A stretch of 64,000 nt of DNA from Tubiluchus corallicola (taxonomy: Eukaryota > Animalia > Priapulida), in assembly GCA_030141605.1 (NCBI GenBank), contig JAQGDQ010000135.1, forward strand, positions 62,001 through 126,000. The letters run 5' to 3'. This document shows, piece after piece, positions 24,501-38,490 of this stretch. A model generated the notes under the pieces. The model searched no databases, was not told the DNA's origin, and was given only the letters and a program-made list of their open reading frames with translations. Every line of letters starts with the position of its first letter. The first letter of the stretch is position 1. Made by a program: the position numbers and the translations under genes.

Positions 24501-27500
24501 CGCGAACATAAAAACGAAATGAGTAAATACGAGCGAGGAAAAAATTTATTAGCCGTGAGGTGACATTTTTTCACGAGGATTCCGCGAAAACTGCTGAGGA
24601 TCTTTAAACAACTTTTACGTAAACATTTAGATCAATATCAACAACAAATGAGAAACAAATTACCTCAAGATCAGACAAAAACCAATTACTAGCCACTTTG
24701 TTTGACGAAATGAGTAAGATTTCTTGACTGACAAGGAGTTCTGCTTATGTGCTTTTGACTATTGAGCAATTCCAATTAAGCGATAAGTCAAGAAACACCC
24801 GAAAGTTCTATTGAAAATGTATTTTGGACATGTGGGTAGACTGCCACACACTTTACTAGGTTTTATAGATCTCACTGCAAAAATAGTCACACTTGTAGTG
24901 CTCTGTCTCAAGGACACAGTCAACGTACTGTGTCTAGAATTTAGAGTGAGTTAGCATTAAATTTTTGGCAGTGCTCGTTAACACTTTTTACGGGCCTTAT
25001 GTTTGTTTTGCTATATGTTTTAACAAGAAAATGTGCCCGTTAATGAGCTAAACGTAATTTATCGTCCACGATGCCAACTCCAAATCTATACATGCATTCT
25101 TTGTATAACTAGCAATATCTTGACTGCAATCTTTACTCCCTCATCTAAGGCTTCTGATTGTTGTTGCATAATTGTGCGTGTATTTGTCAGCCCGGCAGTA
25201 CCATCTTTGTCACAGCTTCCAGAGAGCTGAACTAGTAAATTCTCACAAGTGAGGAAGTTGGTCACATTTATGGATATGATTTATGGTGGAAACATGGAGT
25301 GATACAGCGGACATTTGGAAGGTATAACGAGTTTACCACGCACTGGACACTGAACAAATCGCAGTTTAAAAGATGACGAATGTAGAAAACGATAGCAAGC
25401 CTGATAACATAAGCTGAAGATGTTTAGACGGTGTCTGCGCGAAACGAAACCCGACTGCCATGACACAGAATCGCAAAAAGTAAAGGATTAAAACGGAAGT
25501 GCCGGAAGACAGGCATCCAGATCAGGAAACAAACATAAAACAGCAATTTTCAAGTCGCATGAGCGCGAAAATAGTTGATACAAGAAGGCAACGAGGAGGA
25601 AAGCTCGATGCTGACACACACATCTGCATCTCTTTAAAACAGAGAAGTGTTGTCTGGCAGAGTTCAAAGAGGTAAACAGGCTGAGGGAACAGAGTAAGTT
25701 TTAAAATTAGCCCAGAGTTATTCGCGTAAACTAGAAGCGGCGGCAAACAGCAAACCGGCAAGATTAACTGCGTGAATGAGAGGCACAGATGGTGGCTACC
25801 ACCCTCCTTCTACTTACTCGACGAAGAGGAGGATCTAGTTCATGAATCAACACCCCAGATCACTACAACAAAATGCCAGACAGTGAATAGCATCTACTCC
25901 ATATTACGTTTAGGCAATACCTATCTCACAGTGAATACCATTTACTTGGACAATCAGGAAAGACAGGAAGAGTCTGTTTTATAACTACCCCCTCAATTCT
26001 CTCTCATATCACGGTAACGGAAGCTCTGTTTTTAGTGAGATGACATAAAATTTCCTACAATTACATAACTCCTGAGATGATATAAGTGGTTTGGTTTCTT
26101 TTGGTTCGGCTTGGTTTTCACTTGCACAACAACCAGAGAATTTGTGACAAGTACTGATGGGAGTGAGAGTAGATAACTAGTAGAGCAAACGGTCTGTGTT
26201 TAGCACAGATTGCTAACTTGTTTTTTTAAAACTTTAAGGATTACAAGTTTGCGAATAAAACATATCTATGTATAATGTGCTTTAATGGAGCAAGGTGGGT
26301 AAAGAGACAGAACGAGAACATGAATCTTCCCCAGCCAATGATAAGTTTCAACATCAGATATGTATCATGCTTACGGGAAAAGCGCCAGATCGTTTGGGAT
26401 TTGGCCTGCCATCTTTAAAATTCGCAAAACTATTCGATAATCCCGGGGATTTTCTCTGCTTGAGGTTGATGAGAGATCGATAAATATTTGTTTAACTGCT
26501 ATGATGAGTGATGTTTGTTGATTCAGATAAAATGTGATGACAAATCCCACTTATCTTTGTAAAGCTTCTCAAGCCTCTCCACATATATAATACACACTAA
26601 CTGTGTCAGTGATATTCCAGGACAATCATCTTTGGACTCTTCAATTTAAATTTGGTCTTACGAAAGGAGCATAAGAGTTTTTGCTTTGTTACACCGAAAA
26701 CGATTAGTCACTGATGACCACACGCAAGTGGAGAATACAAATTATTTAGCTACACGGTTGCTGATGGTTTGCCAATTGTTTTAACGCTGTATAAACAACA
26801 TAATGTTACTAACTAAAGAACAAACAAGAAATAGTGTTAATATATTATTACGGCTAGACATTACAGAAAATTGAGTGCAGTATCTCTATTCTGCCACAAG
26901 AAATAGCCAAATAGCAACGTGCGAGTTATTTTGAATGGTATGATAATTTTGCCAGACTCTCTTTTTTTGTTAAAAATTGGTTTAATAACAAAAGCAGTAA
27001 TTACATGCTCTAGTTGGAGTCAAATACTCCCGGAACTGTTGAATCGGTTGGTATTAAGACTTGCCACAATCACAAGTGCTGTGTGGGCTAGGTTAGACTT
27101 ATTGTTGAAAGGTACCGGTTCAAGTGCAGATATGGGAATACTTTTTTCACATTCCCTTCCTTTCGTTGAAACTAGGTTTCAAAAGTAAAAGAATAATTCT
27201 TATTATCGGTTCATTCCAACATTAACCAGTAATCTTGAAGCATGACCATAAACTGTTAAAACGTTAGCCTGTTAATGAAAATGAAAAGCTCAATTTCACA
27301 AATACAACCTGTAAGATGCAATTGATCAATGAAAGGTGTACTCTCACAACCAGTTCAGTAAACAAGGTATTTAAGCCGAGAACAGCCTATTGTGGAAGGA
27401 GACAACTATACTAGAACAGATACAGTATAATATTTGGCAATCTTTAAGTGCTAAATTTCAACAAGCATCCTTCCTTTGTTGGCAGACAGTAAATGGGACC

Positions 27501-30500
27501 AGGCAAATAGAGTATAAAACACAGGTATGATACTCTCCCACACTGAGTGCTACGAGGCAAACAAACTACGCCTAATAATGTGAGTCAAACCGGTCCGCGA
27601 ATAATAGGCGATCTTTGAGAAGTTTGAATTTGTTACCAAGTCTACACACCTCGGATATATATGAACGGGGCTATTATAGCGAGCGATAAGGAACAGGCCA
27701 TAGAGGGCATTGAATAGGTTCAAATTATTGGAATTAAATTCGCATGCTGAAGACGGCGTGCGTGATTTTTCAGGTGGCGCGCGCAACAAAGAAACGAGAG
27801 CGTGAAAAGAACGCTTAGCTTGAGCCGCTTGGTCCAAGCTCTTTCAGCAAGGTAGACTCATGATGGAAATGGCTTTTGAACAAATGTTCAGTCCTGCTCA
27901 CGAACCTCCAATAAAGAAATTCAGTGAACCGCACTCTCAGCCAGCATTTTTATGCAGATGACACTGAAAGGCTGAACGGAAGCCAGCAGCTGTTTTAATG
28001 TAATATCCATAAGAAATACGCACAAAAAACGGACGTGGGCAGCCATTTTACCCAGAAACAGTACACTGTCATTTAAAGGACGCAAAATGCAGCACAATCA
28101 ACTGCAATATTTATATATTCAACTTGCACCAGCATCACCAATCACATATAATTATATTATCATTATTAACTGCCATGCAAACGGATTTTATCCACCGGTT
28201 AATCAGAGTTGGCCAGTTTTAGCCAATTACAGATCATAACAAAAGTACAACTTTTTTGTCAAGTAATCTTAGTTGGGTTGACTCTAGAAAGTTAGATTAG
28301 TTGAGTCGACAGTGATCAGCGCCTTAAATTCTATCAGTTGAGTAACAGCAAAAGTTTTTACCACTCTTTATGGTACCTATAACATCATTATCTGTAAAAT
28401 TAGAAGTTCAAATAAAACCGTCAGATAACTACTACACCGCTCAGCGCTCTACATAACTTTTAAACTAAGATTATAAAAAACCGCGTGGAAGTTAATAAAC
28501 CGTATAATTATAAGCCAAATAAAACGTGTCAGCCTTAGACCATAGGTTATTGTTATACATTTAAGTAGGCAAAGAAAGCATTATATCATGGCCGGCATTA
28601 TAAATGAACTTGTTCCAATTTCTGCAAATATTTCCCTAGTTAATCTTATAGCTCTGACAAAGGACAATTGTCATGGATTGCACGATGCAATAATAGAATT
28701 AGTCCAGCTACACCCGTAACGTCAAAACACTTGGAATTTATGATCCTGGGTGGAGCGGCAAAGGAACGTGTTTTAGGTATAAAAAATCTACATCCAGAGA
28801 ATACTAATAACTTTACACAACTGGGAAAATTGGGATGATACAATAACCTATATATACACTGTTTATACAGCATGAGTTGAATACAATTGGAGTAGGAATA
28901 GGACTTGGTCGTCCTATTGATGAAAACAACAGTTTAGTAGTCATATATTGTGAACCTACTCTTATACGTACATGTACGCTGTAAACTGTGTCAGCAAAAA
29001 CTTTCAAATCTTAATAAAGTTTAATAAACAGGTCACGAATACTAGGTGTACAAGTGAACATCAAAGGACTTGGTACCGTGCCTACAAAATGGAAATGCAA
29101 AAACTTCGACGTTCTAGCTGTAGTGTTTTGTGAGTTATGTGCGTTTGAAATGTTGAATATTGCATTTAAAGTACTAAATAAATTGCCTGCCGGCGGCAAA
29201 AATGCCGTACAGACAGAGAAAAAGATTACCGAAATATTAGCACGTAATACAGTTCAAAGAGCAAAGAATTGTAAAAAAAACATGTATACAATTTTCCACT
29301 TGCAATTTTGGTTTTTCCACTGTGAAAGTTCGTCTCTAAAGAAGAAGTAATCATATTCATCACTATAAAATGTTTTATGTGAAAAACTATTCAGACAATA
29401 TGACTACTAAGCTTGATATATTATGGAATATATGCTCAGGCATTTTTCCGCTTGTATTAAACATTTTTAAAGCTTCTTGTTAACTTGAATAACTTACAAC
29501 ATTGTGATTTTTGATTCACATAAAATTAATGTGTATACCAATACATATACCTAGACCTATATCCATATCTATATCTATATATAGAACTACATCTGAATTA
29601 GTGAAACTTTTCTTCTGACAAGTAACAAGCTAACAAGCTGCAAATGTCTGCTCAAATTCCCCAGTACCGGTACTTTCAATCAGCAGTTTAAAATTTGTCC
29701 ACCTCCCATGGGCGGCCGGACATGCAATTCGACCCACAGTCACGCAACCTGATCGGCGTACAGTCGGACAAACAGATTACAGGAGTATGCTGATTGCTTT
29801 CGCCTCTGACCCGGGCGCACCTGCTATGCATGAGGAAGAAATTAGGCAGCATTTTCAAGCAACGCATGTCTAAACATGCTCAAAGTTCCTAGGAATCTGA
29901 CGGGCGGTGCAGTCATGACATCAGCAGTGTATGGCTTCACCGTGATAAGCATCTCTGATACCACGTATATTATCCAGCGTGGTACACAGAGAGTAAATCA
30001 ACCTTTAAACAAATCTGAGAGGCCAGAGTTCTCTCATTTTGTAATTATAACCTAGCGGTAACGACAGTTGCGGCTTACTTAGAGAGTTAATTTTCAACAG
30101 CTTAGCCATTTTTTATAATGCGGCGGAAGGGTAATTTTTCAGGCGAAAAAAACTTGATGTTTGAAAGACAGGAGCAAATGGTTTCGCCTACAAGCAAGCT
30201 TCAGAAACAAGGAAGAGATTTACTTTGTACACAGTGTCCGTGCACTGCCTCTCCTATTTCACAAAAGGAACGTTATTTGACGTTCAGTCGTAATGTGATA
30301 CTTAAGGTCATGTATGTATGTCTTTCTTTCTTAATCACCATTTCGTTTTTAATCAGTTATTCTGATTTTAGTACTCCATTTGTGTCACTATATGCTTAGC
30401 ATAATATCTCACGTGTTCCTCCTCCCACAGCCAATACCTATTCACTGTGTATCGTTGCCAAACTCTGTTTCTGTTAAACAAAAACGGCGTCATAGTTTTA

Positions 30501-33500
30501 ATATGCAGTGTAGATTTCTTAGCTTTTTCTTGCCGTGCATCTCTAGTCTTCCACCACTGTTTTTTTCTTCTCATTTAAAACTTCAGCTTCATCTTCATCT
30601 TTTGTCGCATGTAGGTTTCCGCCTTCAAATTAGTTAACTTGTTTCCTGCCATCCTTTTCCTAAATCTTAAATCTTTTTCTGTTCTCGCATACCTGTTACC
30701 TGCGCTCTCAGCCGTTTCTCAGCCTCTCTCTCTTTTCTCCCCCTCTCTCATGTCCCATCATCCCACATCTCTCTTACAACTACACTGCCCAACACGTCAT
30801 GTCTTTCTAATATCATTAATCTCACATTAGAGTTATACTTTCACAGCTGGCTTCAACATTGAAACATCAAAATACGATTATTTTCACAAAATATTTCACG
30901 TTCAACACACATTTTATCGCTGGTTACATTTCTTCGTTTATTTTCCTTCATTTATAAACTGCTTGTTTGTATTATACGTGCAAACATTCGGCAGCGATCC
31001 CAGATTCAGCGCCAGAGACGGAACTGTCTGGTGTCGGGAACCTTCCCAAGGGGTCGTAAGCGGAAGGAAATTACTTGCGTAGAAAATTAATTAAACACCA
31101 AAAGCACTAGGTAATTAATTTAATTGATGTGAACATACGTCACGGAAAAAAGTGAGAACTCTCATTTCAACTTCCGCCATTACGTAAGAAAAGGGAATAC
31201 GTATGATAAACTGCCTTTTATAATATTGAATTAATATCACGCAGATGTCATTTTAGTGAAGGTTTGATTCTATGATTAAAAATAGACATGACAAAATTAC
31301 GAATCATCCTCATATCAGCGCGGACAAGTAAAGAATACATTTGACGAATGTCGAGACTGCAGACTCAAGGGTATTTGCACAGGTAACTAATTAAAGTTTC
31401 TTGAGGACAATAAGTAACAAACATCATCAGTGGTTATGTATATCTTAAGCATACTGACTTTTTCCATGATGACGGGGTGCAAAAAACTAAACGACGCAGT
31501 TTCGTACATAAGATGCTGGGGTCCAGTAGACAGGGCCTACTGGCAAATGCTGAATGATTGTAGTAGAACGGACACGTAGTTTAAGGTCATAGATTTTGGG
31601 GTAAATCTTCAAGCCAGATAAATAGTTCGGAACAGTATGGCAGCTGAAACGGCAAAGAAAATTTTTTCCCACATTTACTTGTCCTTATGCAGATCCAACG
31701 TTGCTTAACTTTGATCGAAAGCATATAGCGTAACGGTTACGGTGTAACCAATAGCTTAAAGTTTTTAATTTTCTAACTCGGTGATAATATAGCATTATAG
31801 GCTGCTCATGATCATTATACTGGTGTTTATTTTTAAACGTAACAGTTAAAAGTAGACTAAATCTAATTCAGTAACTTCATTCAATTTTTACTGCACCAAA
31901 CAGGCATTCAGCACGGGCATGCATACAAGTGCCGAACCGGCCGGCCTGCACAAAGCAGCCATTACTTTACGACGAGTGCTTGGCTAAGACAACTTGTGTT
32001 TATCTAGGACTAAAACTTTGGCCCATTATAGCTAAAACACACATACAAATAATTAAACGACTGACCAGCGCCGGCAATGTATAACACGAGACAGCTGCAG
32101 GTCAATTCCGATGCGTTGTAGCGCACCGCCTAGTCCAGACTTTCCTAGAATAATTACGTGGTGTTTTAGAGGCGTTTGGAATAGAGCAAAAACACGTGTA
32201 CACGATCTGGGACGTGTCGCGAGCTAACTTGACAGACTTTTCTCTCCTTGGTGGAATGCAAAACGTCTGAAGCGCCGCTGTACAATAATTATGCCAAAAG
32301 TTTTTAATTGTCTAAGCCATTCGCTGTGCATTTTCAGCGAAACCAAAGCTTAAGTGCCTTGCTAAAGCTTAAAAATAAACCAATAACAAGGTTTTCTAAC
32401 TCACACATGTTGACGATGTCCTTTGCACAACCTTTAATAGTGCACAACTAAACCAACAAATAAACAAACAACAAAACACAAATAAACAAACAACAAAAGG
32501 CAAACTGAAGATCTGCGAGTGGCATTATGTAACAAATATTGACATCGTACTATTATTGAACAGCCGAATACCCGAAGGACCTTTTAACATTCCCAAACTG
32601 TAAAACAAAATTCTAATAAGCTAAACAATTTGATATACTAAGTCTGTTAATGTTATGAAACTAAGATATTGATACGCGACGTTTAAGGTACAACAACTAT
32701 TTACAAATCTTTCAATTTCAGCTACATTTTTCAAAGCCGGCGTTTGCAGACGACGCCCATGAATTTGTCAACATTCTTGAACGAACTAATTGAAATGCAT
32801 CCCAGTGTCAAATAGCTGTAGACGTGTTTACTGTTTTCCACGTGCCTGGGCCAAACCGGCATATGTGGAACAACCATGGGACACTGTACTAGTTTATTGC
32901 TATTTCCTGTGGTCATTAAAGCTTAACTAGCAACTTAACTTCTGAATGGCTTCCTGTGTTAAAAGAAGTCGTTCTTATCTACAAGCCACGCAGTGAAAAC
33001 ATCAGAAAGAAAGCGCTCTTGCACGAGCAAGGCTTGTCACTCGCCAACCGCATGTGCACTTTTTTAAGTTAGTTTTACTACGCGATTATATCTCCGAAAA
33101 AGGAGCAAAAGATAGTTACCGGCCGCAACAGTATGCTAGCTATTAGAATATCTTCATTTTTCAAGGTTTAAAGGGCGTCACGCAAGGTGCACTTCTGGGG
33201 CCCTATTTCTTTGAAGAAATATACACATATAAGCAGTGTGTTACAAGTAGTGGTTCCACTTTCTGGATGCGCTTGGTGTCAAGTGTTTTTGTGTCACAGA
33301 TGTGGTCGGTCACAAGAGTAGCTGCGGGATCCCCTCCTCCTACCGGTTTAACCCCACAGAATGATCTGTTTCCCATGATCTGAACATGTGTGAGAGCCTC
33401 ATACATGGTGTGAAACCTACACACGGTCAGCTGTCATATGCAGTGATTAATCACGAGGTCGAAAACCTATGGACCCCATGCCGGATGTGACCAAAAAGGA

Positions 33501-35650
33501 ATATATCATGTCTGAAAGACATTCGGACACAACCTCAAAATTAAGCAAAGCACTAACAGCAAAACAAACTAAAACATAAAAAAAGTTTGAAGTTTTATCT
33601 CATCAATATAAGCCAACAAACAAAAAGTCGACCAGGCAAACAGTAACTAAACTTGAGAGAACACCACATTTGTCAATTCAACTCTTGCTTGCACCTGCCA
33701 AAACACGCACTTGGTTTGCGTAGCTTACAAATGATAATTTCCAGTGCTTACACAATTGGTGTTACAAGTTGTTATTAATCATTTTATGCAAGCAAGCAAT
33801 TAATGCAGAGCTAGGAGGGAAATTCGTTGAAATGTCTGGCCTTGCAGCGATTAAATGTCCAGTGACCTTTCACAAATCTGCCTGGATTAAACGACCATTG
33901 TCCTATAACCTTGCTACTATTAATGTTGACTGAGTAGGACGACCTCGCCTTCGCATATTTCTTTGTTACGGTTGACGTGTATCAAATTTTGATTTATTAT
34001 ACCTGAAGTCGGAATTTCTGCCTAACATTGCAGCTTTAGATTCAAAATTCCAGTCAGTGTCACCTTTCGTTAACATAAAATTCAAACGAACATAAGTATA
34101 GGAGTTGTAAGTGCATGGCAAACTTTCTTTTTGCTTAGTCATGAGCTATTCTGCGATAAAAAGACGAATCGCTGCCTAGTATTAAATTATAATATTAAGC
34201 ACACAGATAAACAAAACATTGTACATAATTAAGTTACGTGACTTATACATAACATACTACACAAATGTACAAGTAAAATGACATCAAAATTTGATGTAAC
34301 AACAATTCACCAACTTTTAAGTGGCCCAGTAGTGTGGGAAGCTTTAAAATTTCAGATTTTCGGCTTCCTTTGGTAAAGTTGTTTTTTTTTCTTTACGCCC
34401 ACTACGAATATACGAACCACATGAATCAATGGTAGGAAAGCTGGAATAAATATGTTCCAGAATATTTAGTTTCGGTCACTTGGTCAGGTCACATTTTTAA
34501 ATTGATGTGCTTAAAAAGGGCGATGTAAACGGGACCAATTGAAATAGCTTGTTTTACTGATATCAACGTTAGCATAATTAGCTAAATTAGGAAAATAAAT
34601 AGCGTAATTAAGTACACTGATCAGTGGGACGGTCTGTATTGCACGGGTAATATTGCGTATTTCAGTACGGCGGAGTAAAATTCCTTTGTGAGTGTGACAT
34701 GACTGTACCTTCGCAGGTGGTGCGATGTAACAATGACGACCACTTTCTTTTATAGTCTTTCTGTAACAAGGCACAAAAATATAGCGCTTTTAAAAGCAAG
34801 TACAAATGGCATTTTAAAGTAAGACCTTAACCTGGTTGAGGCTTTCAATAGTTGCTTTATCGGAATTCCAAGCATTTATCACGTTTGCAAAGCAGAACAT
34901 AGTTTTTTATTACACATACTTGACAAACTTGCTAATTAATAGTGCACCAGAACATGTATTCTGAATTTACATTTTATTTTTATTTCATTTTATTCTCACC
35001 TAATAGTAAAATAAAATAAAAACAATATATATATATATATATACACACATTTTACAAAACGCTTACAAATACAGTAGTTACAAGTGGTAGTGGTAGAGAC
35101 ACAAAGAGATGTACATGAAACGTATGTAAGTTAACTTTATTTAACCGGCTTTTAAATAACTTAATATTTTGTGCAGTCATAAGAGATGCACCGTATGCAG
35201 GAAAGGAAGGTACAAAAAAAAGATCAAATGATACTTTAGCAGTTCGAAGCACGAAAAGGCTTCAGAGAATGATTTTGCCTTGTTCTATTACAAGATACAC
35301 GGAATAAAAAATTTGTCAAAATCAACATCAACTTCTTTACGAATAACTTGGTATCATGGCGCCAAACCTTTGTGAATACGCCTCTATGTTAAAGACTTGA
35401 GATTTAAAAACTCCAGACGCTTAGGATACAGCATGTCCATTAAATTACATCTAAAAAGAGATGACGAAAAAATATGGATGGAGACTTTCAATACGATCAA
35501 TATTAAATGCCCAATATAACTGGATTTCGGATTGGCGAGCAATACTCTATGACAATTGGTTTTACGTAAACTATGAACGCTCACGTATGGTAGTACCGGT
35601 TCAGGGTAGGTCCTCCCTATGCCATTCCGATATCTACGTACGAAGATCCT

Positions 35651-35700
35651 GGTGTTTGGGATCGGAGTCGTTATGATCCCGACCCCAAGCATCGAACACC
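35651..35700. repeat. Short dispersed repeat with hairpin potential, copy 1
   Basis: GGTGTTTGGGATCGGAGTCGTTATG...CGAACACC. The first 25 nt match 51165-51189 at 23 of 25 positions. Confidence 0.65.
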
Positions 35701-36860
35701 CCCAACGAAGAAACGTACAATCTTTAGTCTACTCTCATACTTCAAAAAGTTTTCAAGATCTGCATCAGATAATTCATTGCTAGCCTATAATTAAATTCCT
35801 GTCAACCATATCCTCAATTAATTATTATTAACCCCAAAACCCTTCATTAGTGATCCAAATAACTGCGGGTTGCTATTGCCCAAAACTTGTGTTCTGAACT
35901 GGTGTCTCCGATTTAACATTAAAATAAGAATGCGTTGTCCTTTTTTATTACAAGCAAAAGCATCGAAATCATATTTGTACTTTTTAGCTATATATCTACT
36001 CAGAATATACAAAACTTTCGCCACTTAAAATTTATTTTTATTAAATACGTCACAAAAATAAATATTTTTACTATTTCACGCGATAATTAAGGAATTAACG
36101 TAAAAACTGCACATCTTAGGTTACGAGAGTTCAGAGTGCTTACAGATTTTCCAATGACCCGGCTATAATATGAAAGCTAACTTCCAACAACAGCCATAAG
36201 CAAAGCCTAATTTTTGCACAGTAATTTCTAGCAGTCTGTGCGCCGTAAAGAATTCTTTTCGAGTGTATGTTAGGAGTGCCAATGGACCGGTAACCTAAAC
36301 TTTACAGTGTCAACACCTTTCATTGCAATTTCGCGAAAAATTACGACTGTTTGCGGAGAACATGGCAAAGAAAACTGTATAAGCCGGTATTCAGTGTGCA
36401 AATTACACGCCTAGAACTGTTAAAAATCACGGTTTGACAACAACATTGCACTAAGCGCATGCACAGTTGATGCCATGTTGTCCAGGAAGTGACAAATTTC
36501 TTTAACGATACCGCTAATCCTAATCCCTATATCAGTTAATCGGGCTGATCTGATCAGGTAGACTAGTCGTACCATTGTGGCAGTGTACAGCGTCTCTATT
36601 GGAAGAGTCAAGTGCTGTTAATGATGGGGTTGCAGTCACAAAGGCAATGTGTGTCTGTAGACAAATCAACCAGCTTAGCCCAGCAGCCACGCTGTATGTG
36701 TGTATGTGAGAACAGGGTGTCCCGAAAATCACCCTAATGCATGCAGTTTACACAGCAAGGAAAAAGTAAAAACAACTACACTGTACATAGTCATAACGTC
36801 AGTTGAATCACATAAACACACGAAAGCTGTACTAAATTACAAAGATGAGAATTTGTTTTA

Positions 36861-36930
36861 ACTCCATTAGGAATCGAACCCAAAACCTTCTGAGCAGCTA
36901 ATGCTAACAATTAACCATTACACCACAAAG
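36861..36930 (-). pseudogene. Second tRNA-derived remnant (Pol III A and B boxes)
   Basis: Minus strand reads TGTGGTGTAATGGTT (A box) ... AGAAGGTTTTGGGTTCGATTCCTAA (variable loop and B box) with tRNA-like spacing. The anticodon arm is not intact. Confidence 0.6.
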
Positions 36931-38490
36931 GTACTCTGACTTTTCAGACTCAGAAGTTTACAGTCATGGTTGTATCAGTACTATGTACGTCCATGTTGTA
37001 TCAGGACTATGTGCAAGAGAGTGCACAGAGCCAGATTACGGAGACAGTGCACAACAGAGATGACAAGGTCATTGGGTAAATGGCTGAACGTGGTATCACT
37101 CTTGGATTACAAAAGCCCAGATTTTTCCGCAAGTGTGCGTTTTTCCTACAAGAGTTGCGACCCCCCCCCCACTAAATATTTTGCTGATTCTAAGTTCTTT
37201 GCAGCAACCTAACGCATAACCCATATACACAAAATTACCTGAAGTATTATCAGAGCAATTGTAAGGAAATGTGCTCGCATGATTATAATAACGTAATAAT
37301 GCTAATACCACTGACTGGAGAATAGGATTATATCCAGTTAAATATTCCATGCTAATGCTAAGCACTATAGTACACAGGTTTTTGTCCCACTACTTTCCAC
37401 AATAAGATAATTCAGCAATGTTCAACGTACAGCCAAGTCAGGTCACCAAAATAAAAAATATTTTTAGCAACAGAGACTGTGATTATTAAGATCAATGACC
37501 TACTCAAGGAAGAACCAAAGATAGCTTATTACACAAGAAAGAAAAATCACGAAATGCACTGAAGTAATTGTGTGTAGGTAACTAGATGTAATCGGTTTTG
37601 CACAAGTGTTAATTTCGTCGGGACAGCTTATTTTGTTCACAAAATTATTTTCAGCTTGGCGATGTAACAACTGCGTAAATGTAGATCTTTAGAAGTTATG
37701 CAAATAAGTAGATTTTAATTTTAATTAGTAAATTTAAATTTTGCTGGAGTACTTTTCAGAGTAGTCGGTAGTGACAAGCTGTTAAATAATTTAAACTAAA
37801 ATACTGACTACGTATCTGTTTAGAATGTGCTTACTGGCAGACGCACATATAATCTACCAAAATTTATCATAAACAGGCCTACACAGACTGATGAGCATGC
37901 GTGCTATAAATCCTTACAAGGCCAATAAAAAATCATCTGACAATGGCAGCATAGATTGGCAAAGAAAACATCATCGACCACCAGCGATTTGAACGAGTAA
38001 AACTGGATTTCTAGCACCTTAATAAGTCAGACTGAGTATCAGAATTCAATACAACACTCCAATGATTAAGTCATAAAATGTAGCCCTACGCATTACTACT
38101 AACAACGAATGGAATTTAGCAGCCCAAGTAATAAAGATTAATATTAGCTACAAACTAGAGTGTTACTGCTTATATACCAAGCCTGTATCCTGATATGCAG
38201 CCAAGATAATGTTTCTTTCAAAATAAAATAATTATATTTGATTCACTTTTCAATAAGGTTGCATAAAGAAAATTATACGAAGTGCATGTAACTTTGGCAG
38301 AATTTCCAAAATTTGGAACTGTAAGAGGCAAAATTAACTACTATAATATACTTAGGTACTCAATGAAATCGGATTTTTGGTAGGAAAACTTGAAAGAAAC
38401 CCTACAAGGCAAGTAAAATTTTCAACTTAATTGCAATATTGCTAAGACAAATATAATGAAAACTACTAGAAAAGGCTAATAATAACTCAC

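Noticed and set aside
26711-26740. CTGATGA-CCAC-loop-GTGG hammerhead-like core
   Set aside because: Followed by AGAAT rather than GAAA, with no stems I or III.
18052-38490. Nested protein-coding gene or known miRNA in the 20-kb intron
   Set aside because: No ORF with recognisable domains or consistent exon chain, and I recognised no conserved mature miRNA by eye; small exons or RNAs could be missed.
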